A stretch of DNA of 38,688 nt from Candidatus Eiseniibacteriota bacterium (GTDB lineage: Bacteria; Joyebacterota; Joyebacteria; Joyebacterales; Joyebacteraceae). Below, piece after piece: positions 31,345-38,083 of this stretch; positions within the stretch are counted from its first letter, which is position 1; each line of letters begins with the position of its first letter. The stretch lies in the NCBI GenBank assembly GCA_030638405.1, contig DAOWER010000026.1:1-38688 (forward strand). Reading direction: 5' to 3'. The notes under the pieces are model-generated. The model had not been told where the DNA came from, ran no database searches, and was given only the letters and a program-made list of their open reading frames with translations. A program made the translations under genes and the position numbers.

Positions 31345-32273
31345 TCCGCCGGGTCGCCGGACTGCCCAGGCCCCTCTTCCTCCTCAATGATGGCGTGTCG
31401 CGTGTTCGCAGCTATCGCGGCCCCGACATGCGCGCCACTCAGCACTATGAGACTCGCGATGTAGACCCAGGACAGGAGCGCCACGAACGCCCCGAGCGAG
31501 CCGTAGACAACATTGTACCGCGCCAAGCCGCTGGCGAGGTACCGTGTGAACAGCGTCGTCGCTCCCCAGAGGGCCAGCGACGACACGGCGGCCCCGGCGA
31601 GCGCTTCCCGCCAGAGCACGCTCGTCCTCGGAAGCCACCTGTACAGCATCGCCAGCACGACCAGTATGAAGAGAGAGAGGGCCGCCGACGACGGAATGGG
31701 TATCAGATCCAGCGCCGATGCCGCGGCACGCTGCGCAACCTCCCAGTCACCCGGCAGGCTGACCAGCGCCTTCGCCACCAGGTAGAGAAGCACGAGCGCC
31801 CCTAGGCACACGACGATCAAGAGCGCGAGCAGGCGCTCACCGAACAGGTTCCGCGGTCGCGCCATTGGCCACGCACGATTGAGATTGCGCACGAGCGTCG
31901 AGAACGCGCTCGTCGACGCCCAGATGAGCCCGACCGCGCCGATGCCGCCGACTGTTCCGCGGACCCGCACAACGGCCAGGACGTTCTGACGGACCAGTTC
32001 GCGGGAGACCGGCATGAACCGCAGCACCGCCTCGAGCAGCCGTTCCTGGGCGTCGGCGGTCTCGAGGAATCTGCTGGCCACCGCGACGAAGATGAGCAGG
32101 AGCGGGAACATGGAGAAGACCGCGTAGAAGCCGATGCTCGCCGCGGCCTCTGGACATCGCTCATGTCCCAGACGGTGGAACGTCGTCACGATCACTCGGA
32201 ACGTCGTTCGCAGAACTCGCATCTGCTCCCCCATCCGCTTCCCGCATTCCGTTCGCGAGAGCGGCCTCGCCAC
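31305..32273 (-). CDS. YihY/BrkB-family inner membrane protein
   Basis: ...CPEAAASIGFYAVFSMFPLLLIFVAV..., ...GAVGLIWASTSAFSTLVRNLNRAW..., ...YNVVYGSLGAFVALLSWVYIASLIVLSGA... are the characteristic YihY blocks. About 6 TM segments. The start is uncertain (GTG 32273, ATG 32234 or ATG 32222). Confidence 0.8.
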   Translation of the reverse strand: MARPLSRTECGKRMGEQMRVLRTTFRVIVTTFHRLGHERCPEAAASIGFYAVFSMFPLLLIFVAVASRFLETADAQERLLEAVLRFMPVSRELVRQNVLAVVRVRGTVGGIGAVGLIWASTSAFSTLVRNLNRAWPMARPRNLFGERLLALLIVVCLGALVLLYLVAKALVSLPGDWEVAQRAAASALDLIPIPSSAALSLFILVVLAMLYRWLPRTSVLWREALAGAAVSSLALWGATTLFTRYLASGLARYNVVYGSLGAFVALLSWVYIASLIVLSGAHVGAAIAANTRHAIIEEEEGPGQSGDPAECEAAAEQKRGNS

Positions 32274-32281
32274 CGGGCGCC

Positions 32282-32680
32282 CTATCTTCCGGAGGAATCC
32301 CCCGACGCCATGTCCTCCAGGCGCCCGACGGACTTGGTCAGCTCGTTGAGTCGGAATTCGATGGAATTGAGGATCCAGAACTGGAAGTGCTCTACCCGGG
32401 CCTGTTTGTGGATCATCCAGATGATCTTCACCGACACCAGCAGCACGCCGAGTTCGATGGAGAAGAGCGGCGGCAGCGGCATCTCCATGTTCAGCGTGTG
32501 GCGGAAGACGTCGGCTACAAACAGGAACGCTATGGCCGAGAGGAAGACAACGTTGACAACACGATCACGCCTGTTCGAATTGACACCACCTATCTGGCCG
32601 ACCACGGCGCGTATCTTCTCCTTCTCCTTCCGAAACTGCTCCAGCTCCTCCTGCAGAGCCGCGGTGTCCGTCGCCGTCAT
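32282..32680 (-). CDS. hypothetical small membrane protein (N-terminal coiled-coil-like helix, two TM segments, C-terminal amphipathic helix)
   Basis: ATG 32680 is preceded by GGAGGA at 6 nt (MTATDTAALQEELEQFRKEKEKIRAVV...). TM segments are VVNVVFLSAIAFLFVADVF and LFSIELGVLLVSVKIIWMI. The ORF-track extension to 32923 overlaps the FTR-like gene and is rejected. No recognisable family. Confidence 0.6.
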   Translation of the reverse strand: MTATDTAALQEELEQFRKEKEKIRAVVGQIGGVNSNRRDRVVNVVFLSAIAFLFVADVFRHTLNMEMPLPPLFSIELGVLLVSVKIIWMIHKQARVEHFQFWILNSIEFRLNELTKSVGRLEDMASGDSSGR

Positions 32681-32789
32681 CCTCTGTCCTCCATGCTCCG
32701 GTGTCATTTGCCCGAGGCCGACCGCCCTGCCACGACGGGTCCCCGTCCGCACGTCTGATGATTCCCGGTGTTCGCGCCCCGGGACGCCC

Positions 32790-33392
32790 TCAGCCCCAGA
32801 AACGCTCGAAGCGCTCACGCGAGGCCTTGCATATCGGGCAGACCTCAGGCGGCTCTTCCCGCCCGCACAGATAGCCGCAGACGCGGCAGCGCCAGACCGG
32901 CACGCCGCCCTTCGCGGCTGCATCCCTGTCTGCCGTGCCGGCCACTCCGTCCGCCGACCCGCCGGCCACTCCGTCCGCCGACCCGCCGGCCACTCCGTCC
33001 ACGGACTCGCCGGCCGCCGTCCTCGCGGACTCGTTCATCCGCTCTTCCTCCGGAGGCCGTCTCTCCGGGATGGGCCCGATCTCCCGCTTTCCGTCCAGCA
33101 CCTCCCGCGACACGTAGAGCGCGCAGTAGCAGGTTCCCCGCTCCGTGAGGTCGGCATCGCGATAGTCACACGGGCAGACGATGTCCAGGTCGCTGGCGGC
33201 ATCTCCCGAGGCCAGACGGCACGGGCAGCTCCTGTACCCGAACCGCTCCTCGTTCACGAGGAGACCTTCTGCGAGCGCCTCCGTGAACTCGATATCGGGG
33301 TTCAGGTGGTAGCCCGATGCTTCCGCGTCGCGGTCGAGCTCGGCGCGAAGGACCTTCACCTTTTCAACCGGCGCTCCCGTGTCAGCGCTCAA
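32790..33392 (-). CDS. ferredoxin:thioredoxin reductase catalytic-subunit-like domain fused to a C-terminal rubredoxin-type domain (FDR-like)
   Basis: FTRc-type Cys pairs: YRSCPCRLASGDAASDLDIVCPCDYRDADLTERGTCYCALY. A low-complexity repeat linker follows, then the rubredoxin knuckles WRCRVCGY...PEVCPICKA. TTG start overlaps the stop of the glutaredoxin-like gene (TTGA, 33389-33392). Confidence 0.8.
   Translation of the reverse strand: MSADTGAPVEKVKVLRAELDRDAEASGYHLNPDIEFTEALAEGLLVNEERFGYRSCPCRLASGDAASDLDIVCPCDYRDADLTERGTCYCALYVSREVLDGKREIGPIPERRPPEEERMNESARTAAGESVDGVAGGSADGVAGGSADGVAGTADRDAAAKGGVPVWRCRVCGYLCGREEPPEVCPICKASRERFERFWG
32937..33008. repeat. 24-bp tandem repeat inside the FTR-rubredoxin linker: two identical copies plus a partly diverged third
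   Basis: GCCGGCCACTCCGTCCGCCGACCC at 32937-32960 and again at 32961-32984. The third copy is identical for its first 16 nt. Encodes (DGVAGGSA)n on the minus strand. Confidence 0.9.
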
Positions 33393-33688
33393 AGCCCGAG
33401 AACCTCCTTGACCTCATCCGGTTTGTGTCCGTTGACCGACTTGACACCGTCTATGACGACGGTCGGAAAGGACACCGCCGGGTTCCATTTGCGCACCTCG
33501 TTGACGGCGGCGTCCCGTTCGTCGCCGGAGAGCTCATCCACGTACACGACCTCGAACACCACGCCCTCGCGCTCGAGGAACTCCCTCATCTTCCTGCACC
33601 ACACGCACGTCGACAGGCCGTACATCACGATGCTGTGAATCGGCGCGCCTGACGACCCGCCGGGCGCGCTGTCTCCCGATAGCGCCAT
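33389..33688 (-). CDS. glutaredoxin-like / NrdH-like thioredoxin-fold protein (CVWC active site)
   Basis: IVMYGLSTCVWCRKMREFLEREGVVFEVVYVD ... FPTVVIDG. ATG start with AAAGGGAA upstream. Confidence 0.8.
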   Translation of the reverse strand: MALSGDSAPGGSSGAPIHSIVMYGLSTCVWCRKMREFLEREGVVFEVVYVDELSGDERDAAVNEVRKWNPAVSFPTVVIDGVKSVNGHKPDEVKEVLGL

Positions 33689-33712
33689 CCGCTGTTCCCT
33701 TTCGCCTGTGTC

Positions 33713-34021
33713 CTACCCGTGCTTCACACGTCTCCCGAGAATCCGCTCCACGTCGTCGATCTTCCCGGTCAGTCTGCCCGTCGCTCCCTCACGGTCGTCG
33801 ATGGTGACGGAGGTGAACACACGCGGCGCCGCCTCACGGGCAGCCCGGTGGCATTTCATGACGAGCTCCATCACTTCGTTCTCTTCGCCCTCGACCGTTG
33901 TCGCCATCGCGCCGAGCCTGTACTCGAGCCCGGATCCGTCGATGATATCGACGATCCTGGCAACGTGTTCACTCAACGCTTCTCCGACCCCGACAGGCAG
34001 CACACTGAAGACCGCGAGCAT
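33713..34021 (-). CDS. MTH1187/YkoF-family (thiamine-binding-like, DUF77) protein
   Basis: MLAVFSVLPVGVGEALSEHVARIVDIIDGSGLEYRLGAMATTVEGE... is the typical family N-terminus. ATG start with AAGGAGGT 4 nt upstream. Confidence 0.85.
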   Translation of the reverse strand: MLAVFSVLPVGVGEALSEHVARIVDIIDGSGLEYRLGAMATTVEGEENEVMELVMKCHRAAREAAPRVFTSVTIDDREGATGRLTGKIDDVERILGRRVKHG

Positions 34022-34050
34022 TGTGACCTCCTTGCCCGGTCATGCTGAGA

Positions 34051-34764
34051 CTACGTCCGGCGGAAGACCAGGACGCTCCCGGACATGATGCCGGGATCGA
34101 ACGCCGCCCCTTCAAAGCTCCCTTTGTGCTCGAGAAGCTCGAATCCAGCTTGCGCGTGTGACCCGGCGTAGTCCTGGCTCCGCAATGGGAAGAGAGTCGT
34201 CTCACCCTCAAAGACAGAGCGGTCGCCCTCGCGAAGCCGCGTCCGGAAGAGCACCCTCTCCTCCGAGATCTCGGGGTAGCTTCTCTCAAACACGAGGTCC
34301 GTACCCTCTACCGGCACACCCGGGAACTCGTAGGATCCCTGAGTGAGCACGAAGTCCCAGTTGACGGTCTGGATCACCCACGTCGCTCCCGGTGTCAGGA
34401 GCTCGCGCAGCTCCTGGAGAAAGTCGGGCAACCGGTGCGGCTTGAGGTGCGAGGCGACATTACCGATGCAATACGCGGCGCCGAACGAACCCGTCAGAGA
34501 ACCGATCTCCTCCGCGCCCAGCACGCGGAACTCGGAAGCGAGATACTTCCGCTTCGCGCGCTCCACCATCCACTGGTCGAGGTCGATGCCCACCGCCTCG
34601 TACCCCTGAGCTGTGAAACGTCCGCAGTAGTCGCCCGTTCCACAGCCGACGTCCAGGACGCGCCTGGCGCCCTCGGGAAACCGACTTCGCAGAAACGAGT
34701 AGACCTTCTCCTCGAACGGGAAGACGGCGTCGTAGTACTCGGCGAACTCCGAATAGAAAGAGAT
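34051..34764 (-). CDS. class I SAM-dependent methyltransferase (start codon non-canonical or mutated)
   Basis: The ORF-track start (GTG 34593) lies after the SAM-binding motif I. The same frame is open upstream to the glnS stop and encodes ISFYSEFAEYYDAVFPFEEKVYSFLRSRFPEGARRVLDVGCGTGDYCGRF. No ATG, GTG or TTG occurs in that stretch. ATC at 34764-34762 sits 5 nt after GAAGGGGGTG. Confidence 0.7.
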   Translation of the reverse strand: MSFYSEFAEYYDAVFPFEEKVYSFLRSRFPEGARRVLDVGCGTGDYCGRFTAQGYEAVGIDLDQWMVERAKRKYLASEFRVLGAEEIGSLTGSFGAAYCIGNVASHLKPHRLPDFLQELRELLTPGATWVIQTVNWDFVLTQGSYEFPGVPVEGTDLVFERSYPEISEERVLFRTRLREGDRSVFEGETTLFPLRSQDYAGSHAQAGFELLEHKGSFEGAAFDPGIMSGSVLVFRRT

Positions 34765-34785
34765 ACGTGCACCCCCTTCGCCGGG

Positions 34786-36483
34786 CTATTTCCCGGCCTG
34801 AGCCTTGCTTATCCTGGCCCACGTGTCCCGCAGCGAGACCGCTCTGTTGAACACGAGCGCGCCCTGTCGCGAGTCGACGCTGTCCACGCAGAAGTAGCCC
34901 TGCCTCAAGAACTGATACGTCGTCCCAGGCAGGGCCTCGCGAAGACCCGGCTCCACCATGCAACCCGCGAGCACCTCCAGCGACTCCGGATTGAGAAGCT
35001 CCTTGAAGTCCTGCTTCCCACCGCCCTCACTCTCGTCGGGAAGCAGGAGGTGGTCGAACAACCGCACCTCCGCCGGAACGGCGTGTCCCGCGGATACCCA
35101 GTGCAGCGTCCCCCTGACCTTCCGGCCGTCCGGCGCCTCTCCTCCCCGCGAATCGGGATCGTACGTGCAGCGAAGCTCCGCGACCTCCCCGGTCGCCTCG
35201 TCCCTGACCACGCTCTCGCAGGTGATGAGGTACGCGTGCTTGAGCCTGACCTCCCTGCCCGGAGCGAGTCTGAAGAACTTCTTAGGCGGGTCCTCCATGA
35301 AGTCGCCGCGCTCGATGTAGACGACCTTCGAGAAGGGAACGTCACGCGATCCGGCCGACGCGTCCTCGGGGTTGTTGACCGCGGGGAACGCCTCGACCAA
35401 GTCGTCCGGGTAGTTGTCGATGACGACCCGCAGAGGCCTCAGAACGCCCATGACGCGTGGAGCCGTCCTGTTGAGGTCCTCCCTCAGACAGTGCTCCAGG
35501 AGTGCTACGTCAATGACGCTGTCCGTCTTCGCGACCCCGACGCGTTTGAGAAACTCCCTGATGGAAGCGGGAGTGTAGCCACGCCTCCTTAAGCCCGAGA
35601 GCGTGGGCATCCTCGGATCGTCCCAGCCGGTGACGTGGCCGCCTTGCACCAGCTCGAGGAGTCTCCGCTTGCTCAGTACCGTGCGGCTGAGATACAGCCG
35701 CGCGAACTCGATCTGCTGCGGGTGATAGATACCCAGCTCGTCGAGGTACCAGTCGTAGAGCGGGCGGTGGTCCTCGAATTCGATCGAACAGATCGAGTGT
35801 GTAACACCCTCGATCGAGTCGCTCTGCCCGTGCGTCCAGTCATACATCGGGTAGAGGCACCACTCGCTCCCCGTGCGGTGGTGCGTGGCGTGCAGGATCC
35901 GATACATCACAGGGTCGCGCAGGTTCATATTGGGCGATGCCATGTCTATCCTGGCCCGAAGCGTCCGCTGACCGTTGTCGAACTCGCCAGCGCGCATCCG
36001 CTCGAACAGATCCAGGTTCTCCTCGACCGTCCTCTCGCGGTAGGGGCTGTCCCTCCCCGGCTCGGTGATGGTGCCGCGGTAGTCCTTGATCTCATCGGGC
36101 GTCAGGTCGCAGACATACGCAACACCCTTCCTCACGAGCTTGAGCGCGAATTCGTAGAGCTGCTCGAAGTAGTCGGACGCGTAGTACAGGCGGTCGCCCC
36201 AGTCGTAGCCCAACCAGCGGATGTCCTCCATTATCGAATCGACATACTCCGTCTCCTCGGCGAGAGGATTGGTGTCGTCGAAACGGAGATTGCACAACCC
36301 ACCGTACTCGGCCGCGATGCTGAAGTTGAGATTGAACGCCTTGGCATGCCCGATGTGCAGATAGCCATTGGGCTCGGGCGGGAAGCGGGTGTGGACCTTC
36401 CCATCGTTCTTGCCGGCGCGTATGTCCTCTTCGATCGTCGCCCTCACGAAGTCGAGGGACGTGCCGGTCTCGGAAGCTGCCAT
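34786..36483 (-). CDS. glnS: glutamine--tRNA ligase
   Basis: [44 protein letters not shown] is nearly identical in pattern to E. coli GlnRS. The KMSKS equivalent is VLSKRRL. The C-terminal anticodon-binding beta-barrels are present. ATG start. Confidence 0.95.
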   Translation of the reverse strand: MAASETGTSLDFVRATIEEDIRAGKNDGKVHTRFPPEPNGYLHIGHAKAFNLNFSIAAEYGGLCNLRFDDTNPLAEETEYVDSIMEDIRWLGYDWGDRLYYASDYFEQLYEFALKLVRKGVAYVCDLTPDEIKDYRGTITEPGRDSPYRERTVEENLDLFERMRAGEFDNGQRTLRARIDMASPNMNLRDPVMYRILHATHHRTGSEWCLYPMYDWTHGQSDSIEGVTHSICSIEFEDHRPLYDWYLDELGIYHPQQIEFARLYLSRTVLSKRRLLELVQGGHVTGWDDPRMPTLSGLRRRGYTPASIREFLKRVGVAKTDSVIDVALLEHCLREDLNRTAPRVMGVLRPLRVVIDNYPDDLVEAFPAVNNPEDASAGSRDVPFSKVVYIERGDFMEDPPKKFFRLAPGREVRLKHAYLITCESVVRDEATGEVAELRCTYDPDSRGGEAPDGRKVRGTLHWVSAGHAVPAEVRLFDHLLLPDESEGGGKQDFKELLNPESLEVLAGCMVEPGLREALPGTTYQFLRQGYFCVDSVDSRQGALVFNRAVSLRDTWARISKAQAGK

Positions 36484-36551
36484 CAGCGCTCTCCATCTTG
36501 CTGGATTACGGGCCGGTCGCCCGGTCCCGCGGAATCACCTGCCAGAAACGC

Positions 36552-36580
36552 ATTCTAACCGCACCGCGGCGTTCCTTCAA
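36552..36580 (-). promoter_or_regulatory. sigma70-type promoter for glnS and the downstream genes
   Basis: Minus strand reads TTGAAG (36580-36575), a 17-nt spacer, then TAGAAT (36557-36552). It lies about 70 nt upstream of the glnS ATG and directly after the thioesterase stop. Confidence 0.55.
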
Positions 36581-36597
36581 GAGCGGTCACGGAGCGC

Positions 36598-37068
36598 CTA
36601 CTTGGGGATCATGTTCTCGGGCATCTGCACCGTCACGACCTCACCCTTTGCGCACACCTCCCCCTCCGCCGAGATCGTGGTCGCCACGATGACCTTCCTG
36701 CCCTTTATCTCCTTCACACTGCCCCTCAACTCGAGCGGAACGCCAAGCGGTGTCGGCCTCAGGTAGTCGACGTGAAGCGATGCGGTAACGAAGCGGAACG
36801 CCGGCTCCGTGCTCATCTCCCTTCCCTCCGCCCTGTAGGAGGCCGCGGCCGCGGTGCCGGTGCTGTGACAGTCGATGAGCGACGCGATGAGACCGCCGTA
36901 GACGTACCCGGGGATGGCGATGTGGTACGGCTCCGGGACGAACGTGCACACCGCCTCGTCGCCGTCCCAATAGCTCTTGATCTGGTGGCCGTCCTGGTTG
37001 AGCCGCCCGCAGCCGTAGCAGTAGCTCACGTCGTCCGGGTAGTAATCCTGAAACGCCTTCTCCGCCAT
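36598..37068 (-). CDS. PaaI-family hotdog-fold thioesterase with an N-terminal CxxC zinc-ribbon-like motif
   Basis: YCYGCGRLNQDGHQIKSY, then ...GYVYGGLIASLIDCHSTGTAAA... and a hotdog C-terminus (LELRGSVKEIKGRKVIVATTISAEGEVCAKGEVV). Confidence 0.8.
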   Translation of the reverse strand: MAEKAFQDYYPDDVSYCYGCGRLNQDGHQIKSYWDGDEAVCTFVPEPYHIAIPGYVYGGLIASLIDCHSTGTAAAASYRAEGREMSTEPAFRFVTASLHVDYLRPTPLGVPLELRGSVKEIKGRKVIVATTISAEGEVCAKGEVVTVQMPENMIPK

Positions 37069-37138
37069 GCTGTTGTCCTTTCGATCGCCTGCGCTCCCCG
37101 CAGCCTCCGCCGGCCACCCGGCTCGCTCCGGCCGCCCG

Positions 37139-37459
37139 CTACCTGTAGTCCTCTCTCACAGGGTGGAAGACGTCGATAATGCGGCACCTCGTTATCGCCT
37201 TCCCGGAGTGCGGCACATCCGGCGCGATGACGGCGACGGTCCCGGGCGCCACGGTCCGCACTTCGTCCCCCACGCGCAGTTCGAGTTCCCCCTCGATGAG
37301 GTTCACTATCTGCTCGTGCGAATGGCTGTGCTCGGGCATCGACGCTCCTGGCTCTATCTCCCAGTACGCGACCGTCATGCTGTCAGAGTGCACGAATCGC
37401 GCTCTGAAGCCGGGAACGGGCTCTCTCTCCCGAACATCATGAAGCTCGAGAAACGACAT
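37139..37459 (-). CDS. cupin-domain protein
   Basis: 106 aa. Cupin motifs MPEHSHSHEQIVNLIEGELEL and APDVPHSG. Confidence 0.8.
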   Translation of the reverse strand: MSFLELHDVREREPVPGFRARFVHSDSMTVAYWEIEPGASMPEHSHSHEQIVNLIEGELELRVGDEVRTVAPGTVAVIAPDVPHSGKAITRCRIIDVFHPVREDYR

Positions 37460-37534
37460 GCTGCTCTCCTCGAGCGGCCCGGCACGCGGACACCCACCCG
37501 ACGCACCGGAACCGCTTCGCTGTGCAGTGAGGCC

Positions 37535-38005
37535 CTACTCGTCCGCCCACTCCCTGAGCTCTCTCTTGATCTTCTCCTCTACCTTCCTGCCGACCTCCTC
37601 CCAGTCGCCCTCGCCCCGCTCGGACTCCTCGAGCCACTTCCGTATGCCCTTCCGGACCTTCTCCTCGACCTTGGTGCCGATCTCCTCCCACTCCTTCTCC
37701 TTACGGACGAGCACCTTCGCCTTCCTGCGGCAGCCGCGTCCCGCCCCGCCACCGAGGGTCACCATGGCCCCGAGAAGGAAGCCGAGGTCGTAGAGCGGGC
37801 CGACGTTGTTCGGCTCGTACATCCTGACGGTATCGGAGAAGAGCCCGATCACGAAAGTGATGATACAAATCAGCCCATGCCACAGGCCGTTCCAGAAGCC
37901 GGCGGATGCCGACTCGAATCTTGCCGTGCCGGCCGCGCACCCCGCGCAGACCAGAAGCAGGAGCGCCGCCGGAAGCGCCAGCATCCTCAAGCGTCGGACC
38001 TTCAT
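37535..38005 (-). CDS. hypothetical membrane protein: signal/lipoprotein-like N-terminus, two TM segments, and a charged C-terminal tail with an internal duplication
   Basis: ATG 38005 is preceded by GGAGGAG (MKVRRLRMLALPAALLLLVCAGCAAG). TM segments are GLWHGLICIITFVIGLF and LYDLGFLLGAMVTLGGG. The tail repeats EWEEIGTKVEEKVRKGIRKWLEE / DWEEVGRKVEEKIKRELREWADE. The ORF-track extension to 38053 is rejected. Confidence 0.6.
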   Translation of the reverse strand: MKVRRLRMLALPAALLLLVCAGCAAGTARFESASAGFWNGLWHGLICIITFVIGLFSDTVRMYEPNNVGPLYDLGFLLGAMVTLGGGAGRGCRRKAKVLVRKEKEWEEIGTKVEEKVRKGIRKWLEESERGEGDWEEVGRKVEEKIKRELREWADE

Positions 38006-38083
38006 ACCACTCCTCCTCTCAATCCGGCCTCCACACTCGGAAGACCGGGACACCGGGACACGTCGTCCCCGCTAACCGGAAGC

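Noticed and set aside
34762-34788. TAG read-through producing a GlnRS-methyltransferase fusion; the methyltransferase frame continues the glnS frame.
   Set aside because: A strong SD (GAAGGGGGTG) with correct spacing to the ATC, and a typical methyltransferase N-terminus beginning exactly there, favour independent initiation. Nothing else in the window suggests TAG recoding, since TAG terminates several other well-defined genes.
36484-36551. T-box or other structured leader in the roughly 60-nt glnS 5' UTR; it contains the imperfect palindrome GGACCGGGCGACCGGCCC.
   Set aside because: It is too short for a T-box, and no specifier or T-box sequence is recognisable. GlnRS genes are not known to me to be T-box regulated in diderm bacteria.
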